A stretch of 64,000 bases of DNA. It comes from Armatimonadota bacterium. Its GTDB lineage: Bacteria > Armatimonadota > Fimbriimonadia > Fimbriimonadales > GBS-DC. Under the pieces are notes generated by a model, which saw only the letters and a list, made by a program, of their open reading frames with translations, did not search any database and was not told where the DNA came from. Within the stretch, counting starts at the first letter, position 1; each line of letters begins with the position of its first letter. Below are positions 11,593-19,782 of this stretch, one piece after another. The stretch spans positions 84,475 to 148,474 of the forward strand of contig JABWCR010000001.1 in assembly GCA_013359125.1 (NCBI GenBank). The letters are read 5' to 3'. The position numbers and the translations under genes are program-made.

Positions 11593-12423
11593 TCAGTTAA
11601 GCCGTCTTCTGACGGCATTTAGGCACAGGTCGGTTACATCGGCCTGACTCATGCCATCTTTCTTGGCGTGCGTCTCTATGGAGACCGCGCCCTTGTAGCC
11701 CGCCTCTTTGAGACGCGCAAACTGAAAATCGAAATCGATCTCGCCTTCGTCGATCCCCGCCCATTCATAGCCTTCGTCTGTCTTGCGCGCGTCCTTGACG
11801 TGCGCGTGCGCGATGAAGGGCAGGGCCGCCAGCAACCCCTCGTTCGGATCGCCTCCCGCGCAAAAGGCGTTGCCCGGATCCCACACCATCTTCAGCCAAT
11901 CGCCGACGCTTCGCACAGCCTTGGCCGTCTCCTCCCCCGTGCCGAGCCAGCACGAATGCTCGTTCTCCAGTGCGAAAACGATCCCATATCTCTCTGCAAT
12001 TCCTTCCAATTCCGCCAACTTTTCGACAATCGAACGAAAAATTTCATGCGATAGATCGCCTCGCTTCCAGAAACTAAATATTCTTACGATTGGGCACTCG
12101 AACGAGTTCGCAATTTGACAGGCGCGCTCGGCAAGCGCGAGTTGCTGTTCCAAAGCGACGTTCGATGCGCCATGAGTCGCGCCGACCGGCTCGGCCACTG
12201 CCTCAAGATCGGCCTTGTAGACCGGAGAAGCGAGGCAACAGACCGAAATGCCACGCTCCTTGACGAGCGCTCGGGCCGATGCGAGCTGTTCGTCGCTGGC
12301 TTCGCAGAGGTTGACGCCCCAGGCCGAGCGAAGCTCCACGGCATCGAGCCCGCGAGATTGGGCGTAATTGAGCGCCTCGCTCAAATCTTGGCTCACCTCG
12401 TCCGTGATGATCGACAAGCGCAC
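11593..12423 (-). CDS. sugar phosphate isomerase/epimerase (xylose isomerase-like TIM barrel)
   Basis: MRLSIITDEVSQDLSEALNYAQSRGLDAVELRS... and a conserved ENE/H.KD pattern. Confidence 0.8.
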   Translation of the reverse strand: MRLSIITDEVSQDLSEALNYAQSRGLDAVELRSAWGVNLCEASDEQLASARALVKERGISVCCLASPVYKADLEAVAEPVGATHGASNVALEQQLALAERACQIANSFECPIVRIFSFWKRGDLSHEIFRSIVEKLAELEGIAERYGIVFALENEHSCWLGTGEETAKAVRSVGDWLKMVWDPGNAFCAGGDPNEGLLAALPFIAHAHVKDARKTDEGYEWAGIDEGEIDFDFQFARLKEAGYKGAVSIETHAKKDGMSQADVTDLCLNAVRRRLN

Positions 12424-12427
12424 CAGA

Positions 12428-13000
12428 CTAATCTCCGTGAGCCAGCAGAATCGCCTCGGCGACCTCGCGCATGGTCTTGCGCGAGTTCATGCTTTGATCC
12501 TGAATCCGTTTGAAGGCGTCCGGCTCCTTTAGATTGTATAGGTCCATCAAGATTCCCTTGGCGCGCTCGACCAATTTGCGCGTTTCGAGCCGCTCTTCCA
12601 GCGTCTTCACCTCGCTTTCCAATGCCAAGTTCTCTTGAAACCGCGAAAGCGCAATCTCGAGAGTCGGCATCACGTCTCGCGAACTGAAGGGCTTGCCCAG
12701 GTAGCCGTAAACGCCCGCGTGCGCCGCGCGTTGGATCGTCTCCGAGTTGCCAAAAGCGGTCAAAAGCACGACGGGCGCCAAACCGTCTTTGTGCAGCGCC
12801 TGAGCCGCATCGATTCCGTCCATCACGGGCATCCGCACATCCATCAGCACGATGTCCGGCTTAAACTCGCGCGTCATCGCAATGGCTTGCTCGCCGTCGC
12901 CCGCCTCGGCATGGACGATATGCCCCAAAGCCTCTAACTGTTGCTTTAGGTCCATCCGGATGATCGGATCGTCGTCGGCGACCAGAATGCGATAGGGCAA
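12428..13000 (-). CDS. response regulator with ANTAR RNA-binding output domain
   Basis: TTG start with SD aggaga. Receiver domain (ILVADDD, D in VLMDVRMP, K in YLGKP). ANTAR region LETRKLVERAKGILM...AFKRIQDQSMNSRKTMREVAEAIL. Confidence 0.9.
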   Translation of the reverse strand: MPYRILVADDDPIIRMDLKQQLEALGHIVHAEAGDGEQAIAMTREFKPDIVLMDVRMPVMDGIDAAQALHKDGLAPVVLLTAFGNSETIQRAAHAGVYGYLGKPFSSRDVMPTLEIALSRFQENLALESEVKTLEERLETRKLVERAKGILMDLYNLKEPDAFKRIQDQSMNSRKTMREVAEAILLAHGD

Positions 13001-13088
13001 TAGGTTCGATTCTCCTGCGTAAATTGGCCTTTGATGATACCTGAACGGGAAGGAGCCGTCCGTCCGGGCGCGAATCGGTTAGGCCGGT

Positions 13089-13673
13089 ATGAGCTTCCAA
13101 CATTCGCACTATCAAATTCATCAAAAGCCTTTTGTGCTTGCGGGCGGCGAGTTTAGGGCATACGATCCTACTGGCGCATTGTGCTTCTTCGTGCACAAGA
13201 AGGGCTTCAAACTCAAGGAAGACATCCGGTTTTACGCCGATACGACCAAGCAAAAGGAGCTCCTAAGCATCCAGGCCCGGCAGATTATCGACTTTTCGGG
13301 CGTGTACGACGTAATGGACTCGGAGACCGGCGAGCGGCTAGGCGCGGTTTCCAGAAAGGGCTGGAAGTCGATGATCCGCGACGAATGGGCCGTGCTGGAC
13401 GCCAACGACAATGTAATCGCCACCATGCGCGAAGATTCGACTTCGCGGGCGCTGCTCAGGCGCTTCATCGGCGGCCTGATCGCGATGATCCTTATGCCGC
13501 AGTCCTTCAGAGTGTTGAACGAACAGGGGACGATCGCCGAGGCATATCAAAATCGCAATCCGCTCGCGCCGAAGCTGAGTGTTACGTTTTCACCCAGCGG
13601 GCCTCCCGTCGATCGACGACTCGCGCTCTCGGCCATTCTCCTACTAATGTGCATTGAAGGTCGAGAAGGATAG
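13089..13673 (+). CDS. hypothetical protein, LURP-one/scramblase-like (tubby C-terminal fold) with C-terminal hydrophobic segment
   Basis: Repeating pattern F.v.D..G......K.F.L...I.......L..I, and a second half Y.V.D..TGE.LG...RK...W.VLD.N. Assignment is by pattern only. Confidence 0.4.
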   Translation: MSFQHSHYQIHQKPFVLAGGEFRAYDPTGALCFFVHKKGFKLKEDIRFYADTTKQKELLSIQARQIIDFSGVYDVMDSETGERLGAVSRKGWKSMIRDEWAVLDANDNVIATMREDSTSRALLRRFIGGLIAMILMPQSFRVLNEQGTIAEAYQNRNPLAPKLSVTFSPSGPPVDRRLALSAILLLMCIEGREG

Positions 13674-13676
13674 AGC

Positions 13677-15110
13677 CTACTTGGCGATGTGAGTAACCGA
13701 CTGACCGTCGCAGATGATGACGATCTCTTCGTCGTCGGCCACGGTCTCTAATCGCACAGGCCGGCCCCAAAGCTGCGCTATGCTGCGCAGGCAGCGGCTT
13801 GTTCGCGCCATGTCCAACGGCTTGCCGTCATAGTGGTGCCTTAGATAAAGCTCGCCCCTGTGCTCGTAGTCGCCGTCCTCCACCGTGATGATAGGCACGC
13901 CAAAATTGGTCAGTTGCTCGGCCAATGCGTTGCGGACCTTGCGCCAGTCGGTCTCGTCCACCACCCAGACCAATTCGCCCTCGCGCTCCTCTATGCGATA
14001 GGTGTAGAGATCGAGCTCCTTGACCAGATTGGAGGTCAGATACTTGTGCAGAAAGCTCTGGTCGTTTTCCGCCTCGCGCACCTCAAAAATCTTGGACATG
14101 CCCTCGCCGGTCGGACGGTCGATGCGCTCGCCCATCCAGTTCTCTTCCGGATCGTCGGCCTCTTCGCCGTTCCAACGCCGTTCGATGCTACGGAAAATCT
14201 TGTAACCGACGTAGTACGGGTTCATGCTGGTGCGCGATCCCGGCTGGAGCACGCTGGAATGCATCCGGCGAAACTGCAAGTGCTCCTCGGCGGTCAAGGG
14301 CAAGTTCTCCAGAATGCGCTCGTGCCAAAACGATGCCCAGCCTTCGTTCATGATCTTGGTCTTGATCTGGGGCACAAAGTAGAGCATCTCCTCCCGCACG
14401 ATCTCGACCACGTCGCGCTGCCAATCCTCCAACACTTTCGAATGGTCGCGGATAAAGAGCAACAGGTCTTTCTGGGGCGATGCGGGAAACCGGTCTTTGT
14501 CAACAGGCGTCTCAGGCTTTGGATCGACCATGTAGATCAGGTCGTCGTAGGAGGTTTCGCTTTTTCGAGCCTCTTTCTTCTTTTCTTGGGCCTTGGGCTG
14601 TTCGATAATCGGATCGATATGCTCGTCGATGGAGAGCAGCGCGTCCAACAGACTCTCTACCTCGGCTGGGCCGTGCTTCATCTCGTACTGTCGAATCCGC
14701 TCCGCGTGAAGCCGGCATCGTTCGATCATCTGGCGATTGGTGTGACGAAACGTCATGTTGTGCTTAAAAAAGTCCGAGTGGCCGTAAACGTGCGCGATGA
14801 CCAGCTTGTGAGACAGCATGTCGTTCACATCGAGCAAAAACGCTTGAGAAGGATCCGCGTTGAACACCAGTTCGTAGATTTTGCTAACCCCATACTCGTA
14901 CATCGTCTTTTGCACGTGGTAGTCGCGGCCGTACGTCCAATGCGAAAATCGCGCGGGCAGGGCGTAGGCGCCCAACTCGTAGATGACGTGCGCCGGCGCG
15001 ACCTCAAAATGGACAGGGAAGGGATCCAGGCCCAATTCGTGCGCCTTTTCCCAAATGATGTCGATCCATCGCTCCAATTCGGCATGTTCGGTCTGCGTCA
15101 GAGCGCTCAT
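13677..15110 (-). CDS. spoVR: SpoVR family protein
   Basis: Start moved to ATG 15110, which overlaps the yeaH stop (ATGA). Motifs FSHWTYGRDY, KIYELVFN and AHVYGHSDFFKHN. Confidence 0.92.
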   Translation of the reverse strand: MSALTQTEHAELERWIDIIWEKAHELGLDPFPVHFEVAPAHVIYELGAYALPARFSHWTYGRDYHVQKTMYEYGVSKIYELVFNADPSQAFLLDVNDMLSHKLVIAHVYGHSDFFKHNMTFRHTNRQMIERCRLHAERIRQYEMKHGPAEVESLLDALLSIDEHIDPIIEQPKAQEKKKEARKSETSYDDLIYMVDPKPETPVDKDRFPASPQKDLLLFIRDHSKVLEDWQRDVVEIVREEMLYFVPQIKTKIMNEGWASFWHERILENLPLTAEEHLQFRRMHSSVLQPGSRTSMNPYYVGYKIFRSIERRWNGEEADDPEENWMGERIDRPTGEGMSKIFEVREAENDQSFLHKYLTSNLVKELDLYTYRIEEREGELVWVVDETDWRKVRNALAEQLTNFGVPIITVEDGDYEHRGELYLRHHYDGKPLDMARTSRCLRSIAQLWGRPVRLETVADDEEIVIICDGQSVTHIAK

Positions 15111-16297
15111 AGGCTGGCCACTTCCTTGTGATTGCTGAAGAACAGCTTCAGCGCGGGCCAAACGTCCTCTTTGTTGGCGATCTTGACAATCACTACGCGG
15201 CCGTCCTCGCCAAAGGCGTCGTTTAGCGACTGTCCGAGCGGCGCCAGAGCCCCCGCCTGACCCCAAAGATCGTTCGCAATTTCGCCGTAGCCGACCAAGT
15301 TGCTATAATCGACCAACTTCTTCATGTACTCCACGACCTCGCTGTCGCCCCAGTTGTAACCGTCCGAGAACATGAACGGATAGATGTTCCATTCCCTCGG
15401 ATTAAACCGCTTCTCGATCACCTCGATGGCCAATCGATAAGCGACCGACAAGCGCGTGCCGCCCGAATCGCCCGCGGCGAAAAACTCGTGCTCGTCCACT
15501 TCCTTTGCTTCCGTGTGGCAAGTGATAAAGACGATGTCCGCGCTGGCATACTTCTTCTTAAGAAACCTCAGCATCCAATAGTAAAAGCTCCGGCAGATAT
15601 AGGCTTCGAATTCGCCCATGCTGCCGCTCACGTCGCGCATGGCCAGGATGACCGCGTTCTTTTGCTTTTCGGGCACGATCTCCCAAGATTTGAACCGCTT
15701 GTCCTCGTCCTCGATGTTCCAGCCCGGAGCGCCTTGCGCCGCATTGCGCTTGTAGGCGTTGATCAATGTGCGCTTTCGATCCAGATTAGACTGCGGCCCG
15801 CGCCGCGCCAAAGTGTCGAACCGAACCTGATCGGACAGGATGTCTTTGGTGCCTTTGTCCCGCAAATTGGGCAGGTGCAGGTCTTCGAACACCATCTCGG
15901 CGATCTCTTCGATCGTGAACTCGGCTTCGTAAAAATCGACGCCCGGCTCGGTGCCCGCTTGCTTGCCGGCCCCTTCGCCCGGTTGCCCCGATCGACCGAT
16001 CACGTCGCCCGGCTTGGTGTTGCCTTGCCCTTGCCCGACGCCTTTCTTGCCATGAGGATCGAAGCGTATGTGGGGCAATTCCAGCCCGCGAATGGGAATC
16101 TTGACGATTTTGCCGTCGTCCGCCGTGATGATATCCTGATGGCTGACCAGATCGCCTAAGTTTTCTTTGATCACCTCTTTGATCTTGTCGTTGTGGCGAA
16201 GGCGATCCTTCTCGGCGCGGCGATGCAAATCCCAAGAGTCGGCGGACAGCCAGGGATCGGAAACGCCCATTTTTGTCGTTTTTTCTTCTCTGCTCAT
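15107..16297 (-). CDS. yeaH: YeaH/YhbH family protein (DUF444, vWA-like)
   Basis: ATG 16297 with SD gagggtg. Block MRDVSGSM...HTEAKEVDEHEFF...GGT...NIY.F..SDG.NW matches E. coli YeaH blocks recalled from memory. Confidence 0.9.
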   Translation of the reverse strand: MSREEKTTKMGVSDPWLSADSWDLHRRAEKDRLRHNDKIKEVIKENLGDLVSHQDIITADDGKIVKIPIRGLELPHIRFDPHGKKGVGQGQGNTKPGDVIGRSGQPGEGAGKQAGTEPGVDFYEAEFTIEEIAEMVFEDLHLPNLRDKGTKDILSDQVRFDTLARRGPQSNLDRKRTLINAYKRNAAQGAPGWNIEDEDKRFKSWEIVPEKQKNAVILAMRDVSGSMGEFEAYICRSFYYWMLRFLKKKYASADIVFITCHTEAKEVDEHEFFAAGDSGGTRLSVAYRLAIEVIEKRFNPREWNIYPFMFSDGYNWGDSEVVEYMKKLVDYSNLVGYGEIANDLWGQAGALAPLGQSLNDAFGEDGRVVIVKIANKEDVWPALKLFFSNHKEVASL

Positions 16298-16383
16298 GTT
16301 AAGCACCCTCAATGTTGGATACGAACGAGGCCGCGTCGCCGTGCCCTTGCCAACTATTAGTATTGTCGGCGGCGGTCAAAGGT

Positions 16384-16399
16384 TCTCTCTATAGAGAGA
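16384..16399. promoter_or_regulatory. perfect 16-bp palindrome TCTCTCTATAGAGAGA upstream of yeaH-spoVR
   Basis: Read directly from the sequence, about 87 nt upstream of the yeaH ATG (16297, minus strand). Candidate operator. Confidence 0.3.
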
Positions 16400-16755
16400 G
16401 GCGATGGGAGGGAGCAGTGGTCAACCCGGCGGGCGCGCGCATTTTGGGCGTCCCCATTGCTATCGCGCCACAAACGTATGAGGATTTGAATCAAACGCGC
16501 GCTTGAACATCGTGCGAGCACGATCCTCTTCGCCTCGTTGCCTGTGAGCATCGCCAAGGCAGTAGCAGGCAAGAGCAGTCAAGCGGAGCGATGCTGTAGA
16601 GCCGCCTCCCGGTCTCCGGGTCGTACCCTCTCGCGCCAATGTGCGTCAAACCGCCCGTGCGCCCGACACCGACGCGCCATAGGCGTCGAACACCGGCGCA
16701 GTCGAGTACGTGCCCAATCCGTACCCGATGGGGATTAACTGGCCTTCCCCAGCTT

Positions 16756-16778
16756 GGAACGCCAGGCTCCCGCCTGGC
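16756..16778. repeat. hairpin repeat module A copy (ggaacgccaggctcccgcctggc)
   Basis: 7-bp stem GCCAGGC/GCCTGGC. The loop is TCCC on plus, which is GGGA on minus. A degenerate second copy lies at 16904..16927. Confidence 0.75.
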
Positions 16779-17005
16779 ATCTCGCCCGGAGTTCCCTTGG
16801 AGCCGCTCCTAAACTTGATCCCTCCTCGTTTCATCGTTATCATCTAACTACCTATTGTCCGCATTGTGTCGAGTTTCCTGCCTTGTGCCCTCGTCCCTCT
16901 CTAAGGACGCCAGGCTGCAGGCTGGTCAACCGGTCTCTCAATGTACCGCCAGCGCCCTCGCCGGCCGATGTTCGGGCCGCCGGGACGGCGGCGGTACTGA
17001 TGCTC

Positions 17006-17236
17006 CCTGTACAGGCCGCCTATTGCCTGCGCAGGGTCTGATTCGTGCTCAAAGTTGTGCTACAGATCGAAAAAATCCCATTCGCAACAGGGGGTGGAAG
17101 GGAGGGCGAGCGTCCCCGCGAGCCAAACTCAAAGTTGTGCTACAGATCGAAAAAATCCCATTCGCAACAGGGGGTGGAAGGGAGGGCGAGCCAAACGGGA
17201 ATCTGTGCAAATGTAGCACAATTTTGAGTACGAATC
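17006..17236. repeat. composite repeat: paired palindromic decamers, two direct module C-B copies and one inverted module C copy
   Basis: CCTGTACAGG at 17006..17015 and CCTGCGCAGG at 17026..17035. Module C direct copies start at 17048 and 17128. An inverted copy tgtagcacaattttgagtacgaatc lies at 17205..17236. Confidence 0.8.
17048..17190 (+). repeat. tandem direct repeat, 63-bp identical unit, period 80 bp, two copies
   Basis: ctcaaagttgtgctacagatcgaaaaaatcccattcgcaacagggggtggaagggagggcgag occurs at 17048..17110 and again at 17128..17190. Confidence 0.9.
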
Positions 17237-17269
17237 GATCCCTGGAGGCGTAAGCAATGTTCGCGTTTT

Positions 17270-18283
17270 CTACCTTCCCGCCAATCGCTCGAACCCCTCC
17301 ACCGCCTTGTCGATGTCCTCGTCGCTCACGTCGAAGTGGGTGACTAAACGCAGGCGGCGGGCGTCGAGCGCGAGGCAGAGAATGCCTAGATCGCCCAAGG
17401 CGCGCTCAATCTCTAACGCAGGCCGCTCCGTCTCCACATAGACCAGGTTGGTCTGCACGCTCGAAAGATCGACCCGAAAGCCGGGCACGTTGGCGATTCC
17501 CTCGGCCAGTCGCCGCGCCCGAGCATGGTCCTCGGCCAATCGGTCGATCATGCTCTTCAACGCCACCAAGCCGGGAGCCGCCAATACGCCTGCCTGCCTC
17601 ATGCCGCCGCCGAAGAGTTTGCGAACCCGATGCGCGCGAGCGATAAAATCTTGCGGGCCGACCAGCAGACTGCCCACCGGACATCCGAGTCCCTTGGAGA
17701 GGCAGAACATCAGCGAATCGACCTCGGCGGCAATCTGGCAAGCCGGCACGCCCAAAGCTACCGCCGCATTGAAGACCCGAGCGCCATCCATATGAACGGG
17801 GATTCCCTTGGCAGTTTGCCGGACATTGCGGAGGCTTTCCAAAGGCCATACCGTGCCGCCGCAACGGTTGTGGGCGTTCTCCAGGCAGATCAGGCTTGTG
17901 CCGGGCGTATGGTCGTCTTCTGTGCGGATCATCGAGCGCAGCGTGTCGGCATCGTATTGGCCGTCTGCGGTCGGAATCGCCTCGACCATGACGCCGGAGA
18001 GCGCGGCCGGGCCGCCTAGCTCGTAATGGATGATATGGCTCTCGCTATCGGCCAGTATCGCGTCGCCCGGCTTGGTCCAAACCTTGATGGCGATCTCGTT
18101 CGCCATGGTGCCGCTGGGCACGAAGAGCGCCGCCTCTTTGCCCAAAATCTCTGCAGCGCGGTCTTGCAGGCGATTGAGCGTCGGGTCCTCGCCATAGACG
18201 TCGTCGCCCACTTCGGCTTCGGCCATGGCGCGCCGCATTTCGGGCGTCGGCTTGGTTACGGTGTCGGATCTCAGGTCGATCAT
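17270..18283 (-). CDS. ltaE: low-specificity L-threonine aldolase
   Basis: Start moved to [13 protein letters not shown], the same N-terminus as E. coli LtaE. Also [10 protein letters not shown] and the PLP-Lys region CLSKGLG.PVGS. Confidence 0.93.
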   Translation of the reverse strand: MIDLRSDTVTKPTPEMRRAMAEAEVGDDVYGEDPTLNRLQDRAAEILGKEAALFVPSGTMANEIAIKVWTKPGDAILADSESHIIHYELGGPAALSGVMVEAIPTADGQYDADTLRSMIRTEDDHTPGTSLICLENAHNRCGGTVWPLESLRNVRQTAKGIPVHMDGARVFNAAVALGVPACQIAAEVDSLMFCLSKGLGCPVGSLLVGPQDFIARAHRVRKLFGGGMRQAGVLAAPGLVALKSMIDRLAEDHARARRLAEGIANVPGFRVDLSSVQTNLVYVETERPALEIERALGDLGILCLALDARRLRLVTHFDVSDEDIDKAVEGFERLAGR

Positions 18284-18319
18284 AGGAGGAATCTTAGCAG
18301 AGGGGTACAAGCCATTGGG

Positions 18320-18325
18320 TATAAT
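18320..18325 (+). promoter_or_regulatory. -10 box TATAAT for the riboswitch-led transcript
   Basis: gggTATAATgcc lies about 13 nt upstream of the riboswitch P1 5' strand. Confidence 0.4.
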
Positions 18326-18337
18326 GCCGCCGACCCC

Positions 18338-18423
18338 GAAGGGGAGTAGCGCCTGCGATCAGCAGAGCCGTCGTCGTCAATACGCTCCAAAAGAGCCGGC
18401 CCGGCCCAAAGCGCAAGACCTTC
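18338..18423 (+). promoter_or_regulatory. yybP-ykoY-like Mn2+ riboswitch aptamer
   Basis: GAAGGGGAGUAGCGCC...GUCGUCAAUACG...AGCCGGC...GCAAGACCUUC. The 5' GAAGG pairs with the 3' CCUUC. The conserved blocks GGGGAGUAGCG, GUCGUCAA, CCGGC and GCAAGACCUU match the L. lactis element as I recall it. The 3' arm looks shorter than usual and has no UUGACA. It sits upstream of a TerC gene. Confidence 0.6.
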
Positions 18424-18520
18424 ACCGAGCTGAAGGATTCTTGTCGCGCGGCACGGGTCGGGAGGGGCGAAACCTCCGATATATAGAGTGGCGATTTGCC
18501 ATGTGTGGAGGCGACAGGCG

Positions 18521-18769
18521 ATGCTTTGTCCGAAGTGTCACGACCAAGTCTTGGTCGTATTGGAGCGGTCTGGATTAGAGATCGAATATTGCGGCGGGTG
18601 CCGCGGCGTTTGGCTGGATAAGGGCGAACTGGAGAAGTTGATCGCGCTGGAAGGCAGCCAGCCAGTGCGTCAAGAGCGACCTCGACAGAACCGCGAAGAT
18701 TGGGACGACGACGACCGGCGCGAAAGGAAGCGCGGCGGGTTCTTGCGCGATCTGTTCGATTTCGACTAA
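18521..18769 (+). CDS. zinc-ribbon (zf-TFIIB-like) small protein
   Basis: ATG 18521 with SD ggagg 9 nt upstream. CPKC...CGGCRGVWLDKGELEKL, followed by an acidic/basic tail ending FLRDLFDFD. Confidence 0.6.
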   Translation: MLCPKCHDQVLVVLERSGLEIEYCGGCRGVWLDKGELEKLIALEGSQPVRQERPRQNREDWDDDDRRERKRGGFLRDLFDFD

Positions 18770-18774
18770 TCCCC

Positions 18775-19782
18775 ATGGAGCTTGCCAATATCTCGCTGTG
18801 GATCTGGGGCACATTCTTAGGCGTCATTTTTGGCTTTCTAGCGCTCGATCTGGGCGTTTTTCATCGCCAGGCGCATGTCGTGCGGATGCGCGAGGCGCTG
18901 ATCTGGAGCGTCGTTTGGATCATCGTCGCGCTGATCTTTAACTTGGGCATCCTGCTTTACTGGGATCGCATACAGCCCGACAGCGCTTACAAGAACTCCG
19001 AAGCCGCGATAGCTTTCTTTGCGGGCTATCTGGTAGAACGCGCGCTGAGCATCGACAACATTTTTGTGTTTTTGGTCGTCTTTTCCTACTTTCGCGTTCC
19101 GCCTCAGTATCAGCACCGGGTGTTGTTTTTGGGGATCATTGGCGCGCTGTTCTTTAGGGCGCTGTTTATTGCGCTTGGCGCGGCGCTGATTTCGGCTTTT
19201 GCCTGGACGATGGTCGTTTTTGGGCTGTTTTTGATCGTTACAGGCATCAAGATGATCAAGGTGAGCGGCAAGACCATCGATCCGGGCAAGAATCCTGTCA
19301 TCCGGATATTTGCAAAGATTATGCCCACCAGTCCCGACTATCACGGTCAGAAGTTCTTCGTTCGGCAGAACGGCGTTCTTTTCGCGACTCCTTTATTCGT
19401 CGCGCTCTTGGTGGTCGAGTTTACGGACATTATCTTCGCGGTCGACTCGATCCCAGCGATCTTTGCGATCACGCAAGACACCTTTATCGTCTTTACGTCC
19501 AACGTCTTCGCAATTTTAGGGTTGCGGGCGCTGTTCTTTGCCGTAGCCGGGCTAATGGAGCTGTTTCATTATTTGCATTACGGCTTGGCCGCGGTGTTGG
19601 CGTTTGTCGGCGTCAAGATGCTGTACGGCTATGCAGAGAAGGCCATCTTCCCAGGTTGGCCGCACTTTCCCATCATGGTATCGTTGCTCGTCATCGTGAT
19701 TATCTTGGCGGCGTCCATCATCGCGTCCGTTGTCAGGCCGGTTGCGCAGGCAGAGGAAGAGAGCGTCGCCAAAGGAGCCTAA
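18775..19782 (+). CDS. TerC family integral membrane protein
   Basis: Start moved to MELANISLWIWG. Motifs YLVERALSIDNIFVF and EFTDIIFAVDSIPAIFAIT. Confidence 0.92.
   Translation: MELANISLWIWGTFLGVIFGFLALDLGVFHRQAHVVRMREALIWSVVWIIVALIFNLGILLYWDRIQPDSAYKNSEAAIAFFAGYLVERALSIDNIFVFLVVFSYFRVPPQYQHRVLFLGIIGALFFRALFIALGAALISAFAWTMVVFGLFLIVTGIKMIKVSGKTIDPGKNPVIRIFAKIMPTSPDYHGQKFFVRQNGVLFATPLFVALLVVEFTDIIFAVDSIPAIFAITQDTFIVFTSNVFAILGLRALFFAVAGLMELFHYLHYGLAAVLAFVGVKMLYGYAEKAIFPGWPHFPIMVSLLVIVIILAASIIASVVRPVAQAEEESVAKGA

Noticed and set aside
13003-13015. The sequence GGTTCGATTCTCC, which resembles a tRNA T-arm.
   Set aside because: The flanks cannot form T-stem, acceptor or anticodon arms. The sequence is the reverse complement of the SD region (aggaga) of the ANTAR response-regulator gene.
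17048-17190. Tandem repeats at 17048..17190 and 41351..41486 considered as mini-CRISPR arrays.
   Set aside because: Each has only two units. The units are 51-63 bp with 17-34 bp between them. They belong to the dispersed repeat family, and there are no cas genes.
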